Counted from the first letter of the stretch, positions 9,234 to 18,877 are shown. The stretch is 64,000 nt of DNA from Candidatus Marinacidobacterium sp. (GCA_965204755.1 OZ242011.1:640001-704000); one strand, 5' to 3'. Notes: a model not told the origin generated them from the letters alone. A program made the numbers and translations.

Positions 9234-10496
9234 CTACGCCGCGAGGACTTCCGCGGCCGCAGCCAGGAAGGCGTCGTTCTCGGAGGGGAGTCCCACGGAA
9301 ACCCGCAGGAAGGTGGGGAGCCCCCAGTTTCCGCCGTCCTGGACATGGATATTCCGCCGGTGGAAGTCCCAGGCGGCCGGCAGCGCCTCGCGTCCCAGGT
9401 CGGTCATCAGGAACGGCGCCCGGTGGGGCCAGGAGGGGCAGCCCAAGGCGGCCAGCCCGGCGCGGAGTTGGACGAGCCCCTCGTCCACCGTCCGGCGGTA
9501 AGCGGCCACATGCTCGCGGTCGGCGAGCGCCGGGCCGCAGGCGGCGGCCGCCGCCGTGTTCAGCCCGAAGTCCCCCCACCAGATCCCTTCCGCCCGTTCG
9601 AACGCCGGCCCGGCGCCGACCAGGTAACCCAACCGGAGCCCGGCCATCCCGTAGGCCTTCGAGAAAGTGCGCGCCACGAGGACGGGCCCGCCGGAGAGCG
9701 CCAGGGCCACGGAGTCCTCGCCGTCCGGCAGGAACTCGGCGTAGGCCTCGTCCACGACCAGGCAACCCCCTTCGGGGACGGCTTCGGCGAGGTCGGCGAT
9801 CTCCGCGCGGGAGACGGCCGCGCCGGTGGGATTGTTCGGGTTCGCCAGATAGACCATCCCGGTGTCCGGGCGGATGGCGGAGCGCATCGCCGGGACATCG
9901 GTGGCGCCTTCCGCTCCCATGGGCGTCCGGATCACCTCGGCGCCGATCCGCTCGGCCACCCCGGCGCACCAGCCGTAGGTCCGCTCCGGCAACACGATGC
10001 TGGAGGCGCCCGGCCGCAGGAACTCCCAGGGCAGGAACTGCAGGAACTCGGTGCTGCCGCACCCGGGAAGGATGTGCGCGGCGGTCGTCCCGTGGTGGGC
10101 GCCAATGCGCTCGCGCACCGGGGCCGGATCGTTGTACCGGTGGCCCGCGGCGAGGCCGCTCTCCGCGACGGCGGCGAGCGCCCGGGGAGAGGGGCCGAGC
10201 GGGTTCTCGTTGAAGCCGATGCGGACGGCGCCCTCCGGGAAGCCCCCGTCGGGAAATACCGGCAGCGGCGGAAGCGCATCCTCCGGCGGCGGCGGGGCCG
10301 CCGGTTCCGGGTCGGCGGCCGGTTCGGGCCCCGACGAGCCGCAGGCCGCGGCGGCGCCGAGCCCGCCGGCCGCCGCGGCCAGGTTGCGGAGGAAGGCCCG
10401 GCGGCTCGGCGCGAGACCGAACGGGTAGCACTCGAAGCCGAGCCGGCGGGGCCCGGGCGAAGGAGAAGACGGGGAGGACGGCGCCGACGGGGTCAT
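9234..10496 (-). CDS. PLP-dependent class I/II aminotransferase (HisC-like) with Tat/lipoprotein signal
   Basis: NENPLGPSP, NPNNPTG, DEAYAEF, RTFSKAYGMAGLRLGY; N-terminal SRRAFL...AAAC. Confidence 0.87.
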   Translation of the reverse strand: MTPSAPSSPSSPSPGPRRLGFECYPFGLAPSRRAFLRNLAAAAGGLGAAAACGSSGPEPAADPEPAAPPPPEDALPPLPVFPDGGFPEGAVRIGFNENPLGPSPRALAAVAESGLAAGHRYNDPAPVRERIGAHHGTTAAHILPGCGSTEFLQFLPWEFLRPGASSIVLPERTYGWCAGVAERIGAEVIRTPMGAEGATDVPAMRSAIRPDTGMVYLANPNNPTGAAVSRAEIADLAEAVPEGGCLVVDEAYAEFLPDGEDSVALALSGGPVLVARTFSKAYGMAGLRLGYLVGAGPAFERAEGIWWGDFGLNTAAAAACGPALADREHVAAYRRTVDEGLVQLRAGLAALGCPSWPHRAPFLMTDLGREALPAAWDFHRRNIHVQDGGNWGLPTFLRVSVGLPSENDAFLAAAAEVLAA

Positions 10497-10636
10497 GGCC
10501 CCGCGAGCGTACCGCCGGTTCCCGCCGCGTGCCGGCCCGCCCGCCCGGTCGGACCCGCGCGCGCCGGGCTTCCCTCCGGGGAACGGCCCGGTCACCCCGT
10601 GGGCGAGACCGCCCGCCCGCCCGGGCGGATCGGGAA

Positions 10637-11347
10637 CTATTCCGGGCGGCCCTGCTCGGCCAGTTTGCGCTCCAACTCGCGCAGCCGCTCCTCGGCCTCG
10701 GCCAGCCGCTCCGCCATCTCGCCGAAGTCCAGCGTCTCCATCTGCTCGCGGGCCTGCTCGAACGCGTCGCGCATGGCTTCCCGGGCCTCTTCGCTGTCGA
10801 GCACCACCCGGGGCAACTCCTCGCGGAGCACCGCCAACTCCTCGAGATCGGGCAGCGCGTGGCCGCCCGAAAACCAGACCGCGCCCTCGCGCTCCCCGAC
10901 CGCGGCGTGGAGGGTGACCGGCGCCCGGTCGCGGACGACGGTGATCTCCACCTGCTCCTCGGGTTCGAGCCGGCCCACGGCGCGCACCACCTCCCGCGGC
11001 GCCGCCGTCGGCTCGCCGTCCACCGCGGTGATCAGGTCGCCGACCCGGAATCCGGCCGCGGCGGCCGGGCTGTCCTCCTCCACCGAGGAGACGAGCACCC
11101 CGGCGCCGTCGGGAGCGCCGAAGAACTCCTTGAGGTCGTCGGTGACGCCGAGCAGCCGGACGCCCAGGTAGCCGCGGCCGAGGCTGCCGACCACCACGCG
11201 GGTCCTGCCCGGCGCGCTGACCCGCTGCGGATCCTCCGGCCCGCGGGAGAACCACCAGGTCTGGGCGGCGGCGAGCGCCGGGGCGAAGAGGGCGAAGGCC
11301 AGGCCGAGCGCGGCGGCGGCGGCCGGACGGCGGGAACGGTGGGTCAT
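10637..11347 (-). CDS. Exported PDZ-domain protein with C-terminal coiled coil
   Basis: Signal peptide; GYLGV, SPAAAAGFRVGDLITAVDG. Confidence 0.85.
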   Translation of the reverse strand: MTHRSRRPAAAAALGLAFALFAPALAAAQTWWFSRGPEDPQRVSAPGRTRVVVGSLGRGYLGVRLLGVTDDLKEFFGAPDGAGVLVSSVEEDSPAAAAGFRVGDLITAVDGEPTAAPREVVRAVGRLEPEEQVEITVVRDRAPVTLHAAVGEREGAVWFSGGHALPDLEELAVLREELPRVVLDSEEAREAMRDAFEQAREQMETLDFGEMAERLAEAEERLRELERKLAEQGRPE

Positions 11348-11409
11348 GGTTTCGTCTCCGGTGGGTGGTCGTTCGGCGGGGTGTCGCGGAGGACGCGGCG
11401 CGGCGGCGG

Positions 11410-11946
11410 TCATCGCCGCCGGTCGGAGGCGCGCTGCAGGGTCGCGGCGCCGCTTGCGGGCGGGGCCGCCGGCCAGAGCGACTCGAGGTCGAGGAACAGG
11501 TCGAGTTCGTCACTCCCGCCGATGTGGATCACCGGCTCGCCGGCGAAACGGCGGGCGCGCTCCATCTCATCCGCCAGGCGGCGCATCTCGGCGCGGATCG
11601 CTTCCAGTTCGTCCCGAGCCGGGTCCGGCGAAGCCGCCGGGAGGCGCCCGGGTGTTCCCGCGGGCCCGACCTCGACCGGCGGCCCGGCGGCGGTGAGCGG
11701 CGCGGCGGGCGGCCGCTCGGCGCCGAACCGGGAGAGGACGGCGGGGAGCGACAGGGCGAGGGCGGCGGCGGCCGCGGCGGCGAGGAGCCAAGGTCGGCGG
11801 CGGCGAGCCCGCTCTTCGGCCCGGACCCGGGCCATGACGGCGCCGGTGAAGCCGGGCGGCGGTTCGGGCCGGGGCCGGGCGCCGAGGTCGGCCAGCAACG
11901 CGCGGACCTCCTCGTCGGTCGGTCGGGAGTCGTCGGGAGAGGTCAT
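11410..11946 (-). CDS. Putative membrane anti-sigma factor
   Basis: Overlaps the ECF sigma stop; PPPGFTGAVMARV followed by a TM helix. Confidence 0.7.
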   Translation of the reverse strand: MTSPDDSRPTDEEVRALLADLGARPRPEPPPGFTGAVMARVRAEERARRRRPWLLAAAAAAALALSLPAVLSRFGAERPPAAPLTAAGPPVEVGPAGTPGRLPAASPDPARDELEAIRAEMRRLADEMERARRFAGEPVIHIGGSDELDLFLDLESLWPAAPPASGAATLQRASDRRR

Positions 11947-12665
11947 GGGAACGCGCTCCGGAAGCGGGGGGACAGCAGGTCGCGCAGGCGTTTCCGGCCG
12001 CGGTGCGCGCGGGACTTCACCGTCCCCTCCTCGACGCCCAGCATCTCCGCGATCTCGCGGTAGGACCAGCCTTCGACATCGCGGAGGAGCACCGCCTCCC
12101 GGAAGACCGAGGGCACCCGGGGGAGCGCCCGGCGGAGCGCTTCCCGCGCTTCGGCGGCCTCGGCCGCCCGCTCCGGGTCCTGCCGCGCGGAGGGCGCGGC
12201 CGGCGGCTCGATCCCCTCCTCTTCGAGCGAGAGGGTCGGCCCCCGGACGGCGCGGCGGCGGGCGTCGCTCCGGGCGAGATTGGCCGCGATCCGGAACAGC
12301 CAGGCCTCGAACCGGCCGCTCTCCCGGTAGCGGGGCGCGGCGCGGAACGCGCGGACGAAGGTGTCCTGGGCGAGGTCGGCCGCGGTCGCCGCGTCCGCGG
12401 TCGCGTTCAGGAAGTAGCCGTAGAGGCGCTGCTGGTAGCGGCGGACGATCGGCTCGAAGGCGTCCGTCTCGCCGGCGCGGACCCGCTCCATCAGCGCCGC
12501 GTCCGTGGCCGGGGCGGCCCCGGCCGGGGCCGGCGCGAACGGGAGCGGCTCGCTCAGGACGGCGCCTTCCATCGGACTCGGTTCAGGAAAACGCCCCGCG
12601 GCGCGATCCGTTCCCGCGGCGCGATCCCCCGTGGCGAGGGGATATCCGGGGCGGGGCCGCGTCAC
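11943..12665 (-). CDS. ECF RNA polymerase sigma-70 factor (start may be ~12572)
   Basis: DLAQDTFVRA, FEAWLFRIAAN, GWSYREIAEMLGVEEGTVKSRAHRGR. Confidence 0.92.
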   Translation of the reverse strand: MTRPRPGYPLATGDRAAGTDRAAGRFPEPSPMEGAVLSEPLPFAPAPAGAAPATDAALMERVRAGETDAFEPIVRRYQQRLYGYFLNATADAATAADLAQDTFVRAFRAAPRYRESGRFEAWLFRIAANLARSDARRRAVRGPTLSLEEEGIEPPAAPSARQDPERAAEAAEAREALRRALPRVPSVFREAVLLRDVEGWSYREIAEMLGVEEGTVKSRAHRGRKRLRDLLSPRFRSAFP

Positions 12666-12694
12666 GGCCCCGCCGCGGACTCAGGATCGTCCCG

Positions 12695-13270
12695 TCAGGG
12701 GCTGCCGATCGTGGTCTCGTGGGCCACGCCGCCCCAGGAGAAGCGCAGCATCCCGTCCTCGATGGCGATGTGGAACCGGTCGCCGTCCCCCTCGGCCGGC
12801 GCCTCGGCGAGGGGGATCCGCGCCGCTTCCTCGTCCGCGATCGTCCCGTAGCGGCCCACCGCCGGCCACATCTCTTCGTGCATGTCCGCCGGGGCCTGCG
12901 AGGAGAGGTCCCCCAGCCGGATCCCCTGGTTGCGGTTCACCAGCAGCGACCAGCCGCCGGAGGTCGGGATGTGGAGGTAGAGGCTGTAGCGCCCGGCGGG
13001 GAGGGTCTCGCCGCCGACGGCGATGTCGCCGGAGGTCTCGAGGATGGTGACCTGGTTCTCCCCGGCCCGCCAGACCCGCTCTTCGGGCAGCATGGCGAGG
13101 AGTTCGTCCACGGAGCGGCCGTCGAGCGTGGGCTGGCCGTAGTCGATGGAGACGGTCGCGCCGCCGAAGGAGCCGGCGGCGGCGCCGCGCGGATCGTCGA
13201 GTTGCGCCGCGGATGCGGATGCCGGGAGGGCGGCGGCGAACAGCGCCGCCGCGAGGGGAAGTCGGTTCAT
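12695..13270 (-). CDS. Secreted DUF2911-family protein
   Basis: Signal peptide; VSIDYGQP..GR, VWRAGEN, LPAGRYSLY. Confidence 0.8.
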   Translation of the reverse strand: MNRLPLAAALFAAALPASASAAQLDDPRGAAAGSFGGATVSIDYGQPTLDGRSVDELLAMLPEERVWRAGENQVTILETSGDIAVGGETLPAGRYSLYLHIPTSGGWSLLVNRNQGIRLGDLSSQAPADMHEEMWPAVGRYGTIADEEAARIPLAEAPAEGDGDRFHIAIEDGMLRFSWGGVAHETTIGSP

Positions 13271-13312
13271 GAAGGGGCGCCTCCGTTCGGGGCAGGAAGT
13301 TTCGACGGGCGC

Positions 13313-13864
13313 TCACCCGTAGAGGAAGGCGTACACGATAAGGCCGGTGACCGAGGTGTAGAGCCACACCGGAACGGTGACGCGCGCCCACCGCCGATGG
13401 TGCGCGAATCGCCGCGAGGCCGCCAGCAGCACCGTGGTGAGGAGGAGCGGCAGCGCCGCCGCCGACGCCAGGATGTGGGTCGCGAGCACCGGGAAGTAGA
13501 TCGGCCCGAAGGCGCCGGCGTAGGGCGTGTCGCCCTCGTAGTGGTGGTAGGTGAGGTAGCCGGCGAGGAAGAAGCCGGTGCTGACCAGCGCGAGGATCAT
13601 CAGGCCGACATGGACCCGGCGGCGGCCGGCGCGGATGGCGAGCAAGCCGAGGCAGACCAGCGCGGTGGTCAGGGCGTTGAACGCGGCGTTCACCCCCGGG
13701 ATCCGCGCCGTCCAGGCGGGCGCGCCCGCCGCCGGCTCCCGCAGGTAGAGCAGGTACATCAGGAGGCCGAACAAGGCGCCGGAAGCGGCGAAGGCGACGC
13801 GGACCAGGCGCCGGACGCCGGGATCGGCCCCGGTTTCCGGCGAGACTCCGGCGCGGTCGGTCAC
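13313..13864 (-). CDS. DUF420-family membrane protein
   Basis: VNAAFNA, HVGLM, FLAGYLTYH, LATHILAS, HRRWARVTVPVWLYTSVTG; GTG start at 13864. Confidence 0.85.
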   Translation of the reverse strand: MTDRAGVSPETGADPGVRRLVRVAFAASGALFGLLMYLLYLREPAAGAPAWTARIPGVNAAFNALTTALVCLGLLAIRAGRRRVHVGLMILALVSTGFFLAGYLTYHHYEGDTPYAGAFGPIYFPVLATHILASAAALPLLLTTVLLAASRRFAHHRRWARVTVPVWLYTSVTGLIVYAFLYG

Positions 13865-13964
13865 GAGACGCCGGGAGGATAGAGGCCGTTCCGGCGAGGC
13901 GCGGCGGGGCGAGCCGCCCGGGGGACGGCGGCGGCTTCGGACCGGGGAGCCGAACCGGCGGGCC

Positions 13965-13988
13965 TCATAGTTATAATGATATTTATGG
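13965..13988 (+). promoter_or_regulatory. arg operon promoter: -10 TATAAT inside an AT-rich ARG-box-like operator
   Basis: ctcatagtTATAATgatatttATG is an AT island in GC-rich DNA; TATAAT at 13972-13977 lies 7 nt before ATG 13985. Confidence 0.65.
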
Positions 13989-14482
13989 ACTCTCCGAACG
14001 GGGCCGACGGGCTCTCGGACGAACGCCGGGCCGCGGTGCGCGCGATCGTCGTCCGGGAGCGGGTGGCGACGCAGGCGGAGATCGCCCGGCGGCTCGGCGC
14101 CCGGGGGTTCCCGGTGAGCCAGCCGGCGGTGAGCCAGGACCTCCGGGCGCTCGGCGCGGTGAAGCAGTCCGGGAGGTGGCGGCTCCCCCCCTCCCCGTTC
14201 GCCGGGATCGGCCGGCTGGTGGACTCCGTCGAGCCGGCCGGGCCGCACCTGCTGGTGGTCCGCACGCTGCCCGGGGGCGCGCAGCGGGTCGGCCACGCCA
14301 TCGACACCGCGGACTGGCCGGAGTGCGCCGGGTCGGTGGCCGGCGACGACACCGTGTTCGTGGCCAGCCGCAACGGCGCCCAGCAGGCCCGGCTGGTCGA
14401 GCGGTTCCACGCGGCGTTCGGCCCCGGCGCGGAAGGCGCCCGCGAGACGGGCCCCGAGACGGCCTCGGACGGGGCGCCGTGA
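13985..14482 (+). CDS. argR: Arginine repressor
   Basis: TQAEI, VSQPAVSQDLRALGAVK, VVRTLPGGAQ, GSVAGDDTVFV. Confidence 0.93.
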   Translation: MDSPNGADGLSDERRAAVRAIVVRERVATQAEIARRLGARGFPVSQPAVSQDLRALGAVKQSGRWRLPPSPFAGIGRLVDSVEPAGPHLLVVRTLPGGAQRVGHAIDTADWPECAGSVAGDDTVFVASRNGAQQARLVERFHAAFGPGAEGARETGPETASDGAP

Positions 14483-15603
14483 CCGAACCGGCGAAACCGG
14501 TCGGGGCGTTCGTCCTCGGCGCCTCCGGCTATGTCGGCGGGGAGTTGCTGCGCTGGGTCGCGGTCCATCCGGAGATGGAACTCGCCGCGGCGTTCTCGGC
14601 CAGCCGGGCCGGGACCCCGATCGCCGACCGCTTCCCGAACCTGGCCGGGCCGTTCGCCGAGCGGGTGTTCGCCTCCGCCGAAGAGTGGCCGGAGTGGTTC
14701 TGGCGGGCGCCCGGGCAGTGGTCGCGGGTGGTCGCCTTCTCCGCCGCCCCGCACACCGAGTCCGCGCCGCGGATCGCCGGGATGCTGGCCGCCGCCGAAG
14801 GCGCCGGAGTCGCCGTTCCCGTGGTGGACCTCTCCGCCGACTTCCGCCATCCCGAGGCCGAGCGGTACCGCGAGATCTACGGCGTACCCCACCCGGCGGC
14901 CCGCTTGCTGCCCGACTTCCGCTGCGGGATCCCGGAACTCCACGGCGAGCGGCACGGGTTCGCCGACCTCGGGGACCGGGACGCGGAACGGCCCGGGAAG
15001 ATCGCGCACCCGGGCTGCTTCGCCACGGCGGTGGCCCTCGCGGCCGCGCCGTTCCTGCGCGCCGGGATCGCCGGCGCGGAGGTCCACGCCTCCGCCGTCA
15101 CCGGAAGCACCGGCGCCGGCGGGACCCCGAAAGAGACGACCCACCATCCGGTGCGGCACGCCAACCTGTTCGCCTACAAGCCCCTCACCCACCGGCACGC
15201 CCCGGAGATGGAGTCCCTCCTGAGCGAACCGGGCGGCGCCGAGGTCCGGGTGCGGTTCGTCCCCCACTCCGGGCCGTTCGCGCGGGGCATCCACGCCACC
15301 GTCTTCCTGACGGCCGAGGCGGCGGTGGACGACGACGCCGCGGCCGCCTGCCTCCGGGACTTCTACCGCGATTTCCCGCTGGTCCGGGTCGCCGCGCCGG
15401 GCGCGACGCCTCGACTCAAGGACATCGCCGGCTCCGCCTTCGCCGAAGTGGGCGCCGCCGCGGCCGGGGAGACGATCGCCGCCTTCTGCGCCCTCGACAA
15501 CTTGGGCAAGGGGGCGGCGACCGGGGGCATGCAGTGGATGAACCGCATCCTGGGCCTGCCGGAACAGACCGGCCTCGACCTGCCGGGGGCGCTCTGGACC
15601 TGA
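14479..15603 (+). CDS. argC: N-acetyl-gamma-glutamyl-phosphate reductase
   Basis: GASGYVGGEL, DLSADFR, IAHPGCFAT, GSTGAG, HRHAPEM, LDNLGKGAA; GTGA overlap with argR. Confidence 0.93.
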   Translation: MTEPAKPVGAFVLGASGYVGGELLRWVAVHPEMELAAAFSASRAGTPIADRFPNLAGPFAERVFASAEEWPEWFWRAPGQWSRVVAFSAAPHTESAPRIAGMLAAAEGAGVAVPVVDLSADFRHPEAERYREIYGVPHPAARLLPDFRCGIPELHGERHGFADLGDRDAERPGKIAHPGCFATAVALAAAPFLRAGIAGAEVHASAVTGSTGAGGTPKETTHHPVRHANLFAYKPLTHRHAPEMESLLSEPGGAEVRVRFVPHSGPFARGIHATVFLTAEAAVDDDAAAACLRDFYRDFPLVRVAAPGATPRLKDIAGSAFAEVGAAAAGETIAAFCALDNLGKGAATGGMQWMNRILGLPEQTGLDLPGALWT

Positions 15604-15681
15604 CCTCGGCCCGCCGCTCCACCGATTCCCCTCCACCGAACTCCCCTCCCCCGGCTCCCCTCCCCCGCCCCCCCTTCACCG

Positions 15682-16851
15682 ATGCCCGCCGAATCCCCCC
15701 ACCTGTTCCCGGTCACCCCGCAACTCCCCTTCGAACCGGTGTCCGGGAAGGGGGCGCGCCTCCGCACCCGGGACGGGCGGGAGTTCGACGACTTCTACGG
15801 CGGCCACGCGGTCTGCGGACTGGGCTACGACCACCCGGCCATCCGGGAGTGCCTGGCGCGCGCCGAAGGCGGCCTGTTCTTCCAGACCACCGCGGTTCCC
15901 CACGCCGACCGGGCGCGCGCCGCCGAGGCGCTGGTGGGCTTCGCGCCGGAGGGGCTCGACCGCGCCTTCTTCGTGAACAGCGGGGCGGAAGCGAACGAAA
16001 ACGCGCTGCGGCTGGCGTTCGCGACCGCCCGCCGGCGGGACGGGGACCGCCACCCCCCGCGGGACGCGGTGGTGGCCCTCTCCGGCGGGTTCCACGGGCG
16101 GATGTCGGCGGCGGCGGCGGTCACCGACGGTTCGGCGAAGTGGTACGGCTTTCCCCGGACGCCGTTCGAGGTGCGGACCGCGCCTCGGGACGATCCGGCG
16201 GCGCTCGCCGCGGCGGTGGACGAACGGGTGGCGGCGGTGATCCTGGAGCCGGTACAGGGGATGGCCGGGGCAGTCCCGCTCGACGGCGCGGTTCTCGCCG
16301 CCGCCCGGGAGGCCGCCGACGCCGCCGGGGCGCTCCTCGTCTTCGACGAGGTGCAGTGCGGGATGGGGCGCACCGGCCGGCCGTTCGCCGGCGAGTGGAG
16401 CGGCATCCGCCCGGACCTGCTCACCGCGGCGAAGTCCCTCGCCGCCGGCTTCCCCGCCGGGGCGGTGCTGGCGAGCGAAGCGGTCGCCGGCGGCCTTCCG
16501 TTCGGCGCCGTCGGCACGACCTTCGGCGGCGGGCCGGTAGCGGGGGCGCTCATCGCCGCGGTGGTGGGCGTCCTGCGGGAGGAAGGGTTCCTCGAAGAGG
16601 TCCTCCGGGTGTCCGAGCGGATCCGGACGGAGGCGGCGGTCGGGCCGGTCACCGCCGCGCAGGGCCGCGGGCTGCTGCTGGGGCTGGTCTGCTCCCGCCC
16701 GGCGCGCGAAGTGCGGGACGCCCTCCTCGGCGAGGGCGTGCTCGTCGGCCTCTCCGCCGATCCCGCGGTCGTCCGGCTCATGCCGCCGCTGGTGGTGGGG
16801 GACGACTCGGTGGATCGCCTCGTGGCGGCGCTCGCCCGGATTCCCGCGTGA
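15682..16851 (+). CDS. argD: Acetyl/succinylornithine aminotransferase
   Basis: NSGAEANENA, FHGR, LEPVQG, FDEVQCGMGRTG, AKSLAAG, TTFGGGP; arg operon context. Confidence 0.9.
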   Translation: MPAESPHLFPVTPQLPFEPVSGKGARLRTRDGREFDDFYGGHAVCGLGYDHPAIRECLARAEGGLFFQTTAVPHADRARAAEALVGFAPEGLDRAFFVNSGAEANENALRLAFATARRRDGDRHPPRDAVVALSGGFHGRMSAAAAVTDGSAKWYGFPRTPFEVRTAPRDDPAALAAAVDERVAAVILEPVQGMAGAVPLDGAVLAAAREAADAAGALLVFDEVQCGMGRTGRPFAGEWSGIRPDLLTAAKSLAAGFPAGAVLASEAVAGGLPFGAVGTTFGGGPVAGALIAAVVGVLREEGFLEEVLRVSERIRTEAAVGPVTAAQGRGLLLGLVCSRPAREVRDALLGEGVLVGLSADPAVVRLMPPLVVGDDSVDRLVAALARIPA

Positions 16852-17894
16852 CCGGCGAAGCGGCGGCCGAGCCTCCCGCCGGCCCGGGGGGGCGGCTGGC
16901 GGAAGTCCACGACCTCGCCGCGCTCGGCCGGGAGACCGCCGCCGACCTGGTCGCCTTCGCCGGCCGGCTGCGGGAGCGCCCGGAGCCGCGGGCGCTCGAA
17001 GGGAAGGTGCTCGCGCTCCTGTTCCTGAGCCCCTCGCTGCGCACGCAGGCCTCCTTCCAGGCGGCGATGGCCCGGCTGGGAGGCGCGGCGTTCGTGATCG
17101 CCCCGGACCGCTTCATCCACCGGCTGGAGTTCGACCCGGACGCGGTGATGGACGGCGAGGCGGCGGAGAACATCGCCGAAGCGGTCCCCGTGCTCGCGTC
17201 CTACGGCGACGCGCTGGGCGTGCGGGCGTTCGCCGCGCAGCGGGACCTCGCCGAAGACCTCGCCGACGAGCGGTTCGAGAACCTGCGGCGGCGATGTCCG
17301 GGGCCGTTCCTGAACCTGGAATCGGCGGCGCGCCACCCCTTCCAGGCGCTCGCGGACTGGCGCGCGCTGGACGACCTGCGGATCCCGGCGGAAGGAGGGC
17401 GCCTCACCCTCACCTGGGCGCCGCATCCGAAGCCGCTGCCGCTCGCGGTTCCCCGGGACACGCTGCGGATGGCCGCGCTCCGCGGAATGGAAGTGACGGT
17501 GCTCCGGCCCGAAGGCTACGAGTTGCCGCCGACGGTGATGGACGAGGCGCGGCGGCTGGCGGCCGTGAGCGGCGGCTCCGTCCGGGAGACCGCGGACCGC
17601 GCGGACGGCATGGCCGGCGCCGAGGCGCTCTACGCGAAGTCGTGGGCGTCCACGCGGCGCTACGGCGACCCGGAGGGCGACCGCGCGCTCCGGGCGGCGC
17701 TCCCCGACTGGACGGTGCGTGAAGGGTGGTTCGGCGGCGCGGCGCCGGACTGCCGGTTCCTCCACTGCCTGCCGGTGCGGCGGGGCGTCGTGGTGGAGGC
17801 CGCCGTGCTCGACGGGCCGAGGAGCGCGGTCGTCCGGCAGGCGGAGAACCGGATGTGGACGCAGATGGCGGCCCTCCACCGGATGCTCTCGTGA
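16848..17894 (+). CDS. argF': N-acetyl/N-succinylornithine carbamoyltransferase (ArgF')
   Basis: PSLRT, HPFQALAD, TWAPHPKPLP, YAKSW, FLHCLPVRR; GTG 16848 overlaps the argD stop. Confidence 0.88.
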   Translation: MTGEAAAEPPAGPGGRLAEVHDLAALGRETAADLVAFAGRLRERPEPRALEGKVLALLFLSPSLRTQASFQAAMARLGGAAFVIAPDRFIHRLEFDPDAVMDGEAAENIAEAVPVLASYGDALGVRAFAAQRDLAEDLADERFENLRRRCPGPFLNLESAARHPFQALADWRALDDLRIPAEGGRLTLTWAPHPKPLPLAVPRDTLRMAALRGMEVTVLRPEGYELPPTVMDEARRLAAVSGGSVRETADRADGMAGAEALYAKSWASTRRYGDPEGDRALRAALPDWTVREGWFGGAAPDCRFLHCLPVRRGVVVEAAVLDGPRSAVVRQAENRMWTQMAALHRMLS

Positions 17895-18877
17895 GCGGCG
17901 GGGACGGCGCGGCGCGGGGCGGCGAGCCGGGGGCGGGCGCCCGGGAGGAGCGCCGGATCCGGGTGCGGGCGCTGAAGAACGCCGCCCCCTACCTGAAGCG
18001 GTTTCGGGGGAAGGTCTTCGTCATCAAGGCCGGCGGCGCGGTGCTGGCCGAGGACTCGGGAATCCGCGACCTGGTGGAGCAGGTGGCGCTGCTCTTCCAT
18101 GTCGGGATCCGGGTGGTGCTGGTGCACGGCGGCGGGCCGCAGGCCACCCGGCTCGCGGAGGCCCTGGGCGTGGGGACGCGGTTCGTCGGCGGGCGGCGCG
18201 TGACCGACGAGGGCGCGCTGCGGGTCGCCACCATGGTGCTGAACGGCGAAGTCAACACCCGCATCCTCGCCGCCTGCCGCGACTCGGACCTGCCCGCCAT
18301 CGGGCTTTCGGGAGTGGACGCCGGCCTGATCCGCGCCCACCGCCGGCCGCCGGTGCGGGTCGAAAACGGCGGCCGCCCGGAAACCGTGGACTACGGGTAT
18401 GTGGGGGACATAGACGCCGTCGACGCCGAGTGGCTGGAGAAGCAGTTGGAGATCGGGGCGCTGCCGGTGGTGAGCCCCATCTCCGCCGACGCCTCCGGCA
18501 CGCTGCTGAACATCAACGCGGACACCGTCGCTTCGGCGCTGTCGGTGGCGCTCGGGGCGGAGAAGTTGATCCTGCTGGGCGAAGCGGCGGGTCTGCTGGA
18601 AGACCCGGACGATCCGGCCAGCGCGGTCTCGTTCCTCGACCTGGCGCGGCTCTCCGAACTCGAGTCGTCCGGCGCCCTCCGCGCCGGGATGCTGCCGAAG
18701 GCGGACTGCGTGCGCCGCGCCCTCGAAGGCGGCGTCGCGCGGGCGCACCTGCTCCCGGCCGGCGTCCCGGACAGCCTGCTGCTCGAAGTCTTCACGCCCG
18801 AGGGCTCGGGAACCCTCGTCGTCCCGGACCTCGCCGTCCTCTCCCGGGAGGAACGCGCGCTCCGCGCGATCGGCTGA
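17891..18877 (+). CDS. argB: Acetylglutamate kinase
   Basis: FVIKAGG, VHGGGPQ, GRRVTD, LNINAD, GMLPK. Confidence 0.93.
   Translation: MSGGDGAARGGEPGAGAREERRIRVRALKNAAPYLKRFRGKVFVIKAGGAVLAEDSGIRDLVEQVALLFHVGIRVVLVHGGGPQATRLAEALGVGTRFVGGRRVTDEGALRVATMVLNGEVNTRILAACRDSDLPAIGLSGVDAGLIRAHRRPPVRVENGGRPETVDYGYVGDIDAVDAEWLEKQLEIGALPVVSPISADASGTLLNINADTVASALSVALGAEKLILLGEAAGLLEDPDDPASAVSFLDLARLSELESSGALRAGMLPKADCVRRALEGGVARAHLLPAGVPDSLLLEVFTPEGSGTLVVPDLAVLSREERALRAIG

Noticed and set aside
210-13882. Very long alternative ORFs (e.g. 210-3008, 3912-7556, 7229-10213, 10529-13882) and similar ones across the window
   Set aside because: Antisense or frame-shifted shadows of real genes in high-GC DNA; Arg/Gly/Pro-rich with no recognisable motifs.
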